From the NCBI RefSeq assembly GCF_006345805.1, contig NC_043004.1, positions 69,874,001 through 69,938,000 on the forward strand: DNA of 64,000 bases, given 5' to 3'. This DNA comes from Octopus sinensis. Its lineage: Eukaryota. The translations under genes were made by a program, and so were the position numbers. The notes beneath the pieces were generated by a model, which saw only the letters and a program-made list of their open reading frames with translations, did no database searches and had not been told where the DNA came from. Positions 1-12,257 of the stretch are shown piece by piece. Position 1 is the first letter of the stretch, and each line of letters begins with the position of its first letter.

Positions 1-159
1 TTCGTAGTTAAGATGCTTTGATATTAAATCAACCCCTTCCAAGAATTCCATCATTAAACTCAGAGCGTAGAGGGCCGAAATCCCCACTGCCGACGCTCTA
101 ATTGTCTTCAACCAATCTATATACCATAACGCCGGTATTTCCTTCTCCTGGTCATAAAA
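1..159 (-). other. Open coding-like frame running off the window edge (possible exon or decayed ORF)
   Basis: 53 stop-free codons: FYDQEKEIPALWYIDWLKTIRASAVGISALYALSLMMEFLEGVDLISKHLNYE, with a hydrophobic segment. An in-frame TAG lies immediately upstream. No family recognised. Confidence 0.25.
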
Positions 160-1149
160 CTACCCAGGCTGAAAAACAAAAACTATCTTAAAGTAATTTA
201 TACACTCGTTCCAGCTATTATCTTTGTTTTCGGTCTAATATGGTAATTCCATTCATCTCTAGAATCCCTGACATAAAATCGACCCCGCTCTCTAAAGAAA
301 AATGCCAAGCTGAACTCAGAATGTCTAATGTATTTTTTTTTTTTTACCTTAGGCATAAGGGCTGAAATTTAGTGGGGTGGAGTTGACCGATTATTTTATC
401 GACTAAGTACTTATTTTATCAATCTCAAAAAGATGATAAGCAAAGGCGACCCCGGCGGTATTTAAACAATCTAATGTACTATAATGACTATATTTCTTTA
501 GCTTGGTCACCATTATCCAGGTTTAAATCAATAAATAATTATCCGCAAACGCAGCCAAGCACGTGTTTGCGTCCCACTCAGGCTGTCCCATTCAGACAAA
601 CATCCTTTTTCAGATTTATTAATATCTAGGACATTACAGCAGATTCCACCCTGGAAAGATGAACCCAGAATATATAGGGTTGTAAATACATCTCCGTCTA
701 CAACGCTGTAAAGACTACTAAGAATCTACGTGCTGTATAATTGTTTCTAACAAAGATACAAGAAATTAGTCGATTAAGTCAATCCTCAATATTTGACTGG
801 TACTTTATCTTATCGCCCCTGGTGAGTTCACTATTTACCTGCCCTGTGAACCACGTGATACACAGGACACATTTTCCTTGCGTCCATGCATCATACATTC
901 TTTTTTTTTTTTTCGACCACTGGTGTAACTTGGGACTTGCGAAAGGAAAGCTTGCTTCGAACAGACAAAGGGTTAAAGGTAAAATAGGAAAGTCAAAACG
1001 TAAAAAGCCGGAATAAATAATGCAATGCATTTATCCGGCGCCAACTTTTCTGCCACTTCAATGTTTCTAGCATAAGCACGAGGCTTGAAAATTGTGGGAG
1101 TGCCATCGAAGAAATGCAGAATGTTAACTCAAAAGAGCCAGAACAAATA

Positions 1150-1462
1150 CTGACACAGTCTGCGACTCCTTTGCTCCCTCCCATATTCTGGATGCTGCAG
1201 TCAATGGAAGGGTCACTACTTCCGTAACCAAACGGAAGAAACCTTGAAGTATCGGGACCTGACAGTGAACTATCTCTTCCAACCTGTGACGTTCGGAGGG
1301 ACTAGGCCATTAAACTGGAAGTTCTTGTCAATGTTGGCAGCTCGCCTCACCGAGGTGCCAGGGGATACCTGTAAGGGCGCTTGGCTTTCCCAACGCCTTA
1401 GCCCCACCATTACCCATGGTAATGCTGCTAGCATGCTGGCTTGCTTCAGTAGGCACTGTTAA
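1150..1462 (+). mobile_element. CRE-clade non-LTR retrotransposon 3' fragment (restriction-like endonuclease end)
   Basis: TVCDSFAPSH, frameshift, then KYRDLTVNYLFQPVTF...LSQRLSPTITHGNAASML. This matches the CRE C-terminal pattern KY.L...Y.F.P...LRQRLS.AIQRGNAAS. Confidence 0.75.
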
Positions 1463-1764
1463 ACCTTATCGTGTGCGATCTGTTGATGTGATAAAAAAAA
1501 AGTTCCCCATAAATGGTTTCAATACAGTTTGAACAGAAAGATTTCGAAGAATTAGATGAAAGTTCTCCGGTAATTTTCTTTCGTGTAAATAAATGTTTTA
1601 TGTTAATTTTAAAATTTGCCAGCAAAAACTTATAAAATGACAATGTTCTGAAAGATATACATGTTTATATGTTATATATGAAAATAAAACTTTGAAATAC
1701 TGGGAGGCATTTCTTTCAACGGTTGAACAGTTCTGCCAATCGACAACACTAATAACTGTTTTTA

Positions 1765-1962
1765 ATCTAGGCCCAAGACCAGCAGTTTTGAGGAGAAGGG
1801 TTGATTACATCAGCTCCAATACTTGATTGCTACTTTATTTTATCAACCCTGAAAGGCAAAGTCGACCCTAGCAGAATTTGAACTTGGAATTTAAAGAGCC
1901 TGAAGAAATGCCACTTAGCATTTTTCTCCACCGTGCTAATGATTCTGCCACTCACTGCCCTA
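1765..1962 (-). mobile_element. tRNA-derived SINE, family B (degenerate)
   Basis: Reverse complement of the GGCAGAATCATTAGCAC...GTTCAAATTC...GTCGACTTTGCCTTTC body seen many times in the window. Confidence 0.8.
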
Positions 1963-2324
1963 ATAATAATAATAATAATAAATGCCCTGATGCAGTACCA
2001 GGCAGTGGCTCTCATGGCTTCTGATCTTAACTGATTGGAAGTGTTATCATGAACATTGTTTTGTCTTGGTATAAAAGATGGGCTACAACATATATTCTGC
2101 TCAATACCACAGATTTGCTTGTCAGTTGTTTGACCTTAACCAGTTGACCATGTCCTTTAGTGGCTGACGATATGTGCATCTCAGACCACATACAGAAGTA
2201 GCGGGGGAGTATCATAACCATGTGCTGAAAGATAAGTCCTGGGTCGATTTGTTCAAGTTAAGACAGTGCTCCAGCCTGGTCACAGTCAAGTGACTAAAAC
2301 AAGTAACAGAAGAAAAATAATTTA

Positions 2325-2690
2325 TGAGTGGCTGTATGGTAAGTAGCTTGCTAACCAACCACATGGTTCCGGGTTCAGTCCCACTACGTGGCATCTTGGG
2401 CAAGTGTCTTCTGCTATAGCCCCGGGCCGACCAATGCCTTGTGAGTGGATTTGGTAGACGGAAACTGAAAGAAGCCTGTCATATATTTGTGTGTGTTTGT
2501 CCCTCTAGCATTGCTTGACAACCAATGCTGGTGTGTTTACGCCCCCGTTACTTAGCGGTTCGGCAAAAGAGACCGATAGAATAAGTACTGGGCTTATGAA
2601 GAATAAGTCCCGGGGGTGATTTGCTCGACTAAAGGCGGTGCTCCAGCATGGCCGCAGTCAAATGACTGAAACAAGTAAAAGAGTAAAAAA
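2325..2690 (+). mobile_element. tRNA-derived SINE, family A
   Basis: GAGTGGCTG..TGGTAAGTAGC head, B-box-like GGTTCAGTCC, internal (TG)n tract, GAAACAAGTAAAAGAG tail. Confidence 0.9.
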
Positions 2691-2727
2691 GAGAGTATAT
2701 ATATATATATATACATATATATGTATA

Positions 2728-3934
2728 CAGGGTTTGAACAAAATAATGGAAACACCTAGCATCAGAATTTTGAATATCAATAAAACCATCAAAAGCTTGT
2801 TTATTTTTTGATTTATTATTAGTGTTGTTTAATATGTTTTGCTAAAATTGCTGTTTCTTTTCAGATATCATCGGAAAAAGGTAATTAAAATTCCTTAAAA
2901 GAGGTCAAATTGTCGGTGCTTGTGTGGAAGGCACTAGCGTAACGAAAACAACCAAAATGTTTGGTGTATCAGATACTGTCTTGAAAGTAATGACAGCCTT
3001 TGAGAAAGACGGAAAAACCTCCTCATCAAAACAAAACTCTGGAAGAAAACCAAAACTTTCAGATAGGGACCGAATTGTTAGAAAGGATCGTAAAAGTACA
3101 TCTCCCCAAATTACTGCAGAGCTTAATGACCACCTTTAAGAACCCAGTTTCCACAAAAACTGTTCACCAGAAACTGCACAAAGCTGGATTTCACAGGTGG
3201 GCTATACTCAGAAGACCACCACTTTCAAAAAGAAAAATTGCAAAGTGTTTACAGTGGAGTAAAAACCTACAGAATTGGTCCCTAGATCAGTGGAAGAATG
3301 TTATTTTCTTGGACAAGTCATCCTTTACCTTATTTCCAACCACTGGCTGAGTATATGTGTGGAGATAGCCAAAAGAAGCATTTGACCCAGACTGCCTTCT
3401 TCCAACTGTTAAACATGGAGGAGGATCTGTGATGATCTGGGGGGCTATATCTTGAAACTCTGCCAGCCCAATGGTTTCCCTTCATGGCAAAATTAATAAT
3501 CAAGACTATTTAAGCATTTTATCTGATCAAGTTCATCTTATATTTGCGGAACTGTTTCTGCCGGGAAACACAATCTTTCAGGATGATAATGCACCAATTC
3601 ACACAGCTAAAGTTGTTACTGAATGGCATGAGGAACATTCCAGTGAAGTTGAACATCTTATCTGGCCACCACAGTCCCAGATCTCAATATTATTAAACAT
3701 TTATGGTGCATTTTAGAAAAACAAGTAAGGAGTCAATATCCTCCACCATCATCACTACAAGAATTGGAGACTGTTTTAGCTGAAGAATAGACAAAAATTC
3801 ATTTGGAAACAATTCAAACTTTGTACGAGTCCATACCTCATAGAATTCAAGCTGTAATTACTGCCAAAGGCGGTCCTGTCTCATATCAAAATTTGTTTGA
3901 AATTTTAAGGTGTTTCCATTATTTTGTCCAACCC

Positions 3935-3937
<3 letters not shown>
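2728..3937 (+). mobile_element. Full-length Tc1-family DNA transposon with a disrupted transposase (D-D36-E spacing)
   Basis: 30-bp TIRs (28/30 match: CAGGGTTTGAACAAAATAATGGAAACACCT) with TA on both sides. Transposase motifs VIFLDKS, FQDDNAPIH and WPPQSPDLNII(K)HLW are split by frameshifts and stops. Confidence 0.95.

Positions 3938-4011
<74 letters not shown>
3938..4011. repeat. (TA)n microsatellite
   Basis: Pure TA run adjoining the right TIR. Confidence 0.95.
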
Positions 4012-4014
<3 letters not shown>

Positions 4015-4095
4015 GAAACTTAGAGAAAAAACAAAAGATGAAGACAAGTATACATATGTGTGTGTATGCACATATATATATATATATATTTATTT

Positions 4096-4390
4096 ATGCG
4101 CCCTTTTCAAGCCTAGCCAGGCTCATGGGCCCGGTTTCCTGGTTTCTGTGTCATATGTGTTCCCCCCAGCTGGACGGGATGCCAATCCATCACAGCATTA
4201 CTCAAGAAACAAGAAGAGAGAATGAGAGAAAGTTGTGGCGAAAGAGTACAACAGGGGTCGCCACCACCCCCTGCCGGAGCCTCGTGGAGCTTTAGATGTT
4301 TTTGCTCAATAAACACTCAGTCTGGGAATCGAAACTGTGATCCTCTGACCATGAGTCTGCTGCCCTAACCACTGGGCCATTGAGCTTCCA
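4096..4390 (-). mobile_element. tRNA-derived SINE, family D variant
   Basis: Reverse strand reads CCCAGTGGTTAGGGCAGCAGACTC...GTTTCGATTCCC (tRNA head). Tail is shared with 42808-43052. Confidence 0.75.
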
Positions 4391-4969
4391 TATATATATA
4401 TATATATCATCGTCGGCGCCGTCATTTAATGCCTGTGTTCATGCTGGCATGGGTTGAACAGTTTGACAGGAGCTGGTGAGCCAGAGGACTGCAACAGGCT
4501 CCAATGTCTGCTTTAGCATGGTTTCTATAACTGAAGGCCCTTCCTAATGCTAACCATTTTACAGCAAGTACCAGGAGTTATTTTGATGCCATGGTCATTA
4601 GTGAGGTTGACATGCATCTCATGAGACTACAAAAACCAGGTGGTGGTTGAGGGGCAGCATTTATGTGAGGTGGTAGGGTTTAAAGTGTGAAAGAGAAGGA
4701 GTGAGGAGCAAGCAGATTCTTTTAGTGGAGCTACATGGATACTTGCCTTTAGTAGAGAGAGTCAGGATGATCATTAGCAGCCGTAAGTAGAGGTGGCTCC
4801 TCAAGGTACAAGGTAAGTAGAAGTGAATTAAAGGAGAGAAAGAGTTTCTATCAACCAAATTCATTTATATGGCATTTTAGTCCCAAAGTATTGCAGAGAG
4901 TGATAGACACTGCAACTACGTAATTCCAATGCAAATTTCTCAAGTCAAGAAAATAAAGAAGAACATTAA

Positions 4970-5190
4970 CCCTTTTGTTACCAACCTGGCTGAAACTGCT
5001 TCTGGCTCTGTAGTACAAATGTCTTGTTTTCATAAGTTTTGAATTAAAATCTTACACCAAACCTTAGTCACAATTTATGTTCCTAACACTTGTTTAATGA
5101 TAACTAAGTTATTTTACTAAATTCTTTGCTATATTTAAAGTAATTGAAAGAAACACAGAGCATCTCAACAGAAATACAGTAATGAAAGGG
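4970..5190. mobile_element. piggyBac-type MITE
   Basis: TTAA on both flanks, CCCTTT..TTAC/GTAA..AAAGGG TIRs. A homologous copy is at 55005-55229. Confidence 0.85.
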
Positions 5191-5459
5191 TTAAACCCAG
5201 TGACAGTTGTTAGTTTGATCTGGATTTCTACCGTAGCTTCAGGCTGACCAAAGCTTTGTAAGTGGATTTTATAGACAAAAACTGAAAGAAGTTCATCACA
5301 TACAACTCTTTTACTTCTAATTGTTTCAGTTATTAGACTGCGACCATGTTGGGGCACTGCCTTGAATTTGTAGTCAAATGAATCCACCCCAGGACTTATT
5401 CATTCATCTCTTTGCAAAACTGCTAAGTTACAGGGTATAATGGAAGGCACGGTTTACAA

Positions 5460-5905
5460 TATGGGGTGGATATTGCCTTCTCCCATTATATCTTGTTCTT
5501 TGCGTAGTTCAGGCTCCGGCAGGTGAAGAAAGAAGTTTTCAAGCACAAATGCAATTTACAACCACTTTATTTACAAGTTTCACAGAACAGGTGAAGTGCG
5601 TTGATCTCAAGCTGTGTGCATGGTGTTGTATCTCCATTAGCGCGGGTACATTGCCTCTGGAGGTACAACATGCAGACAGGCCCAGCCAGTGAAGTGTGCT
5701 CAACAAGCGCTGCTGCATCGAAGCAGAGAGAGAGAGAATGAACCTGTTTCTGTTTTGCCCTTATATACAGTTTGCCACCTCGAGCCTCGTTGTGATCTCA
5801 TGCATGGCAAAATTGATGCAGGTGAGGTCTTGCTCCGGTCTCGGAGATGGCGATGGCTGCCGTGAGATCTCATCCAATATGGCACTGACTGCTTGTGCTG
5901 CCACA
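5460..5905 (-). mobile_element. Probable solo LTR
   Basis: On the minus strand: TGTGG start, TATATAAG (5760-5767), AATAAA (5566-5571), ending ...CCACCCCATA. GC-richer than its flanks. No target-site duplication found. Confidence 0.55.
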
Positions 5906-6443
5906 AGGGCATAAACAGTCATTTGAGGTGAGTTGCCTCACTTGGTCTGGGACATTCAGTATTCTTTAACACTCAGTCTTTGTGTAGGGGCACTATCATG
6001 CAGCAAATGGGCGTATAAACAAAACACACACAGACTATGTATGTGCAAGTGATAATGCTTATGTATATGTGCATGTGTATATATATTTATATGAATGAAA
6101 TGATGAAATTTGATGAGATAATGCATTGGAGAAATGATTGACGAAAGAATAAACTCTTATGATGGCCATTTATTAAAATGATTACAATATTAGTCATTCC
6201 AATAAACTAGAAATATACAACTTCAGTGAGTTGTTTGTGTGTACACAGCTTGTTTGTAGCTCTCCATTCTGAATGATAGTAGTTTGTTTCATCTGTCTGA
6301 TTGCTAGGGAGAAAAACAGAATAAATGGAATGTATGCAGATAGAAATGGTAAGAGGTCTACCTTTGCATGTTGATCAATGTACAGAAAATATTTAACTTG
6401 TGTGTCTATACTCTTCATAATTTAGCTAGGTCAACTGAAAACA

Positions 6444-6657
6444 ATAGGATCCTGCTTCTCTATCGGTGGGGGGGGGGTTGAGTGGTGAATGCCCCCAAAA
6501 AGGTCTAACAGGTCAATTTTTTCTCATTAATCGCAAAATGGCTTAAGACTATAGGATCCTACTTCTATATTAAGTTTGAGGGGTGAATGCCCCACAAAAG
6601 GTCTAACAGGTCAATGTTTTCTCGTTAATCAAAAAAAGTGCAAAATGGCTAAGACAT
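6444..6657. repeat. Diverged tandem duplication, ~107-bp period
   Basis: ATAGGATCCT...GGTGAATGCCCC..AAAAGGTCTAACAGGTCAAT...GCAAAATGGCT occurs at 6444 and 6551. Confidence 0.85.
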
Positions 6658-6789
6658 TGTGTTGAAGACATGTATGACAATGTGGTAAAATGTGGATTCA
6701 CTTTTCAAATCTTAGCTAAGGTACTCTGTAGCTGTTCCCTACATCTATATACTAGGTGCAGATGGTATTCATTTGCCTGTTGATTGTCA

Positions 6790-7900
6790 CAGGAAAAAAT
6801 AATGAACCTGCCTTTGGGCTTGATGACAGCCTCAGAACTAGCCACAGTCCTTTTTTTACTATCTCCTGTTTTAGGCCCTAGAAGGTCTGGACAATCCTGG
6901 CCTTCAGCTTGTCCTTTGCATTGCAGCTGAATTTGTTGGTCTCTCATTCCACTGCACCCCACACAAAGAAGTTGAGGGTGTGACAATCAGGAAAGTTGGG
7001 AGGCCAAATATTGAGTGCTGTGGGATCAAAGAAGTTCTCCAACAGCCAGGCCTGGATCTTTCAGTTGGTGTGGCAAAGCACTGAATCTTGCTGCCACATG
7101 TACAACTTCCCTGCAGCTACCTAGTTGATGCAGCAGAACACAGATGTAGCCATCAGTGTCCAGCCTGAGGCTCTCGGAGAAGAAGAAGTGAGGTGGAATG
7201 ACATCACCTTCACTATGGATGGCACTGAAGACCATGATTGCCTCTGGAAATATCGTCTGCATGACTCTAGATACATCTTTGGGTAAAACAGTGGGCCACC
7301 TGTTGTTCTGGGAGTTGATCTTCTGGTCTTGGCAGAAATTTGTCTCATTGGAGAAGAACCACATCATGTCTAGCTTCAAGCAGGTGCTTCAACTTGTTGA
7401 TCAGCTTTTTGATGGTTGAGTTGCTTTTCCTGCACAGCATTGAACAGAAATTATTCCTTCCTCATCTTGTATGAAAAGTAACAAACGTCCTCATGCATCA
7501 CCTGCCTGATGAGCTTTTAATCCTCATCTTTCTCCCTTGCAGTGGTTCACATCGACTTGTTGGGATCATTGTTGATGGTCTCCTGGATTTCAGTAATGAA
7601 TTCTGGCATTCTGATGGCATCAGGTTGTTGATCATGAGTTTTTCTCTCTATTGCCACCTCATAGACGAATGCTGAATCTTCCAACTCCTTTCTGACTTTT
7701 TCCACCATCCTTCTGCTGATGCTGAAGAAGTCTGAAACCTCCATGTTTGTCCTTCCTGCACAGATTCCAAGGAGGACTTCATGCCTCTTCTACAAATCGG
7801 AGTGAGGAGGGTTTCAAAATTTTCCATAGACAATTATTCTGCTAAAAAATAAAGTAAAAATGGTTAATTATTTTTAAGGAGAAAAAGACTGACAATGAAA
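6790..7900 (-). mobile_element. maT/DD37D (Tc1-mariner) transposase relic
   Basis: WFFSNETNFCQDQKINSQNNRW ... WQQDS..CHT ... WPPNFPDCHTLNFFVWG. There are 37 residues between the second D and the third catalytic position (now N). Many stops and frameshifts; TIRs not located. Confidence 0.85.
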
Positions 7901-8090
7901 GTAAAAAAAATATACATAAAATTAGAAGTTGAAAATTGCAAACAAATACCATTCACATCCTATGTGTATGTATATATGTATATGTATGCGTGTATAAGAC
8001 TGGGTAATTACCCTTAAGGATTCATAAGTCAGAAAATATATACACTTGTATATTTGTCAATAGAGTGGGTTTATTAATCAAAGTGTATAA

Positions 8091-8454
8091 TCTTTATATA
8101 TAAAAGTAAGGTTGTGTGTCTGTCTCCTACGATTTAGATTCCTAACTACTCCCACATTTTGCGGTGCAGTTTAACCAAAACCGGGTATCTTATAGTCGTG
8201 ATTCATATCGAGCCCTTCTGGGTCTACAATTTAAAAAGAAATTTACCATCATTTTTTTCCATTTTAATGCATTTTTTCCGCTATTATATAAGGGAAGTAA
8301 CTCTCTAAAAATGTCTACGATGAGTCAATGAATTTTTAAAAAATTTACCATAATTTTTTTCCATTTTTAATGCATTTTTTGGCTATAACTCTCTAAAAAT
8401 GCTTATATAGTTATTTCCCTTACAAACCCGAGCAACGCCGGACGATACTGCTAG
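8091..8454 (+). mobile_element. Non-autonomous Helitron
   Basis: A^TC 5' end (TCTTTATATATAAAAG); 3' end CCCGAGCAACGCCGGACGATACTG-CTAG^T. Confidence 0.85.
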
Positions 8455-8677
8455 TATTATATAATTATTATGGCTGATCTTACCAATTGGTTTTGCACTG
8501 AGGATAAGGGAAGGTTTTGATAGGATCTTACAAAACAGCATGATTATGTAACTCTGCACTCTACCGTAAGTCCAAACTATAAAAACTGGGGGCTTACATA
8601 AACTGTTATCTAACATCCTGTTCAAACTCCATGCAAAACCTACTGGCAAAATGAGCCATAATGTTTACACAATACTA

Positions 8678-9050
8678 CTAGCAGTATAGCCCCCAGCGTT
8701 GCTCGGGCTTGTTTTCTTTTCGATCCTTTAGAATTGGAATTTTTGAAAAGTAAAAGTTTTGCATTATGTAGCATGTTATTCTCTTTAAGTGAACATTTTT
8801 CTGGTTGAAATACACCTAAAAGTGGCGACACAGCAGTAAAAAAATCGTAAAAAGTAGGGTTTTTCAAAGAAAAAAAAGCACCTTTTTGATGTAAATAATT
8901 TTTGCTGTTAACATGGTCCGATTTGAATTTTTTCTTCTATCATACTCTCAATTTTGGTCAACTTGCGCCGCAGGGTCTCAGAGGAGATAGTGTTAGTTGA
9001 AGGCTACCAAACCTGCCATACACAGACAGCTTCAGCTTTATATATAGAGA
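8678..9050 (-). mobile_element. Non-autonomous Helitron (same family as 24480-24837)
   Basis: Minus strand A^TCTCTATATATAAAGCTGAAG... to CCCGAGCAACGCTGGGGGCTATACTG-CTAG^T. Confidence 0.85.
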
Positions 9051-9211
9051 TATACTTCAATTAATGAGTGTGTGTATACATATTTACGATATCTTGTGCG
9101 TACCCTTGTCTAGACGTCATTTGATAGTTGTTAATGAGAATCACTGTCATACAAGCAAAGATCATTTGTTTCCAATGTTTTGTGAAAAACATGTCTAGCT
9201 GTGGGAAAATA

Positions 9212-9425
9212 TTGGTTTCAAATTTTGGCACATGGCCAGCAATTCTGGGTGAAGTGGTAAGTCAATTACATCAACCCAATGCTTAACTGGGACTTATTTT
9301 ATCAACCCCGAAAGGGTGACAGGCAAAGTTAATCCCAACAGAATTTGAACTCAGAACGTAAAGATGGATGAAATGCCACTAAGCATTTCACCCAGTATGC
9401 TAACAGTTCTGGCACCTCACAGCCT
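9212..9425 (-). mobile_element. SINE family B with 16-bp target-site duplication, nested in an older repeat
   Basis: TAGCTGTGGGAAAATA at 9196-9211 and 9426-9441. Confidence 0.85.
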
Positions 9426-9639
9426 TAGCTGTGGGAAAATAATAACTTGTTTGGAAAGAGGTAAAATTTGGCAACATGAAGGACAACTGACCAGTGTAAA
9501 CTCTGCCTCGAAAGCTTTCATCTGACCCATGCTAGCATGGAAAGTATGCATTAAATGATCTTGGTGATAATGATAATGGTGATGGTGATGAATGATAAAA
9601 GAGAACATTTAGAGCTATGGATAGGTGAAAGTAGCAACA

Positions 9640-9990
9640 AATAATTTGTGCAAGCACCAGCCTCGCCTGGCCCCCGTGCCGGTGGCACGTAAAAAACACC
9701 ATCCGTTCATGGCCATTGCCAGCCTCGCCTGGCCCCCGTGCCGGTGGCACATAAATAGCACCATCCGATCGTGGCTGTTTGCCAGACTCGTCTGGCGCCT
9801 GTGCTGGTGGCATGTAAAAAGCACCCACTACACTCATGGAGTGGTTGGCGTTAGGAAGGGCATCCATCCGTAGAAACATTGCCAGATCAAACTGGGCCTG
9901 GTGCAGCATTCTGGCTTGCCAGACCCCAGTTGAACCGTCCAACCCATGCTAGCATGGAAAGCGGATGCTAAACGATGATGATGGTGATGA
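9640..9990 (+). mobile_element. Interspersed repeat family C (SINE-like, (GAT)n tail)
   Basis: Internal ~55-bp GTGCCGGTGGCAC repeats, then GTTAGGAAGGGCATCC...CCCATGCTAGCATGGAAA..AAACGATGATG. Confidence 0.85.
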
Positions 9991-10179
9991 TTATTGAAAT
10001 ATGTTGATGTAGTTTATGGAAATCGGTAACAATAACAATGTTAGGTTAGACATTAGATTGTCAGGTATTATTGATTGCAGCTGGTTTTCACACCTGCTTT
10101 ATTTAATTTACAACTGTTTTCAGCTAATCTACCTTTAATGTTTCTCACCTCTTTCTTTTAGCCAGTTAAGAATTTAGGT

Positions 10180-10590
10180 TGTGTGCATGGTGTGTGTGTG
10201 TGGGTGTGTGTGTGTGCATGGTGTGGGTGTGTGTGTGTGCATGGTGTGTGTGCATGGTGTGTGTGTGTGGGTGTGTGTGTGTGCATGGTGTGTGTGTGTG
10301 GGTGTGTGTGTGTGCATGGTGTGTGTGCATGGTGTGTGTGTGTGGGTGTGTGTGTGTGCATGGTGTGTGTGCATGGTGTGTGTGTGTGGGTGTGTGTGTG
10401 TGCATGGTGTGTGTGTGTGGGTGTGTGTGTGTGCATGGTGTGTGTGTGTGCATGGTGTGTGTGTGGGTGTGTGTGTGTGCATGGTGTGTGTGTGTGGGTG
10501 TGTGTGTGTGCATGGTGTGTGTGTGTGCATGGTGTGTGTGTCTGTGTGTGTGCATGTGTGTCTGTGTGCATGCACATGCATGCATATGTG
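10180..10590. repeat. Compound (GT)n minisatellite with GCATG and GG interruptions
   Basis: Accounts for the six overlapping HT/CV-rich spurious ORFs. Confidence 0.95.
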
Positions 10591-10691
10591 AAAGCAGATA
10601 GTTAATTAGCTAGGTAATTAAATATGCATTTACTTAAATATTTGTGCATGTGTGTGTGTATTCATGTATACACACACACACACACACACAT

Positions 10692-10723
<32 letters not shown>

Positions 10724-10896
10724 GATATAAATAATATATGTATATATAGATATATATATGCAAATATGGGTACAGGATATTACCAACTGTGTAAACAACA
10801 TGAAATACACACACACACACATATGTATATATCAAATGAAAATTTTACACATATACATATATCATCATCCTTTAATGTTTGTTTTCCATACTGGCA

Positions 10897-10934
<38 letters not shown>

Positions 10935-12257
10935 TAATTTGACATGGGCAATTCTTTCTTGTCTTGGGATTCACGGTCAAACGGCTGGGTGGAATTGCAT
11001 GAAAAATTACACCGATGTGTAGAATAATCCAGTCATGTCGCTGGGCTTTGTATTTTTTCATAGCGGCCATTGTTACCGAGATAATCTACTATAATAATAC
11101 TCTTGTGTTTATGAATGAGAAAGGAAGGGGTGACAGATGAATAAGGAAGGAAGAGGGTGATGTCATACTTGGTAGTGGGATGATGAAAATTGTACGTCGA
11201 AAAAATTAATCAAACAGCGTTTCAACTCTGTGTGAATATATGTGTGTGTATGTAAAAGGGGGTTGTGTGAATGTGTGTGTGCTTATGTGTGTGTGCATGC
11301 AATGGAAGTGGGATGATTCCTCTTTGTTCGCTTAGTATTTGGGTTTATTTTTTGATTTGGTTGAATCTGGGTTGGGTTCTTTTTTGGTTGGTCAGTTATT
11401 TTTAGTGTTTTGACAAAAAAGTCATACTAATATTGTTTTTAACATAAGCATGCCCAAACAAGTCGAATGCTTACACAGAGCAGGTTTTACAGTGACATCA
11501 TCCAAACCAACCAGGTGAAACCGGGCTTAGCTGCTAGCATATATATAAAAGAAAACAAAAAATGGAACAAGAACATAAAAGGTGACAAGATAACATCTGG
11601 ACAGTTAGACGATACCAAAAAGAACAGGAAAAAACAAGGACGAGTCATTCGGAGCTTTCTATCCTCAGTCAAGTTCCAGATTATCTCAGCAGTTTCAGCT
11701 GGTTACACTCAAGACTGCTCCAATCTGGCCGGCCCCAAGAAAATCTAAGCTAAGAGCACCAGATTCCTTGGAAGAAAGCAAGCGAATGTATATGAAAACA
11801 AGGACAAAAAAAACCTGTAGAAATGGTACACAATTACAAATAGATACAACAGTAAATTAACGACCGGTGCCTTTCGACTAAGGTCAAATTAAATTAAGGT
11901 GGTGAGTGTTGAAGTGAAGCCTTACAGCAGGGACACAAGAGATGACAGTCATGGGAAGGAATATAAGAGATGCTACACGGATAGTAGTTGAACCAAGAAA
12001 GAAAGGTCCAGGCTTGGTGGAACACCGGTCATCATTTTATGTCCAGCATAGAAAAGGAACATTAAATAATGATGATATGTGTATGTACATGTGTGTGTGT
12101 GCATGCATATGTGTGTGAGTGTGAAGTCATTTATCATGTTATCATCTGTTGCAATGTTGAGAAAAAGAGTGATACACCTAAAAGATATATTAAAATTACT
12201 TTATCATTGTTGTTGTTGTTTACCAGATGTCCATTGATTAATTAAACCTATGGTCAA

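Noticed and set aside
2325-2400. tRNA-like heads of SINE families A, B and D
   Set aside because: They have A/B-box-like motifs but no complete cloverleaf and continue into SINE bodies. Not tRNA genes.
10158-10605. Six overlapping 135-140 aa ORFs
   Set aside because: Translation of a (GT)n compound repeat that lacks stop codons in any frame.
11640-11680. CUGAGGA...CGAAU on the minus strand resembling a hammerhead
   Set aside because: Core spacing is wrong, GAAA is absent and stem II is not properly closed.
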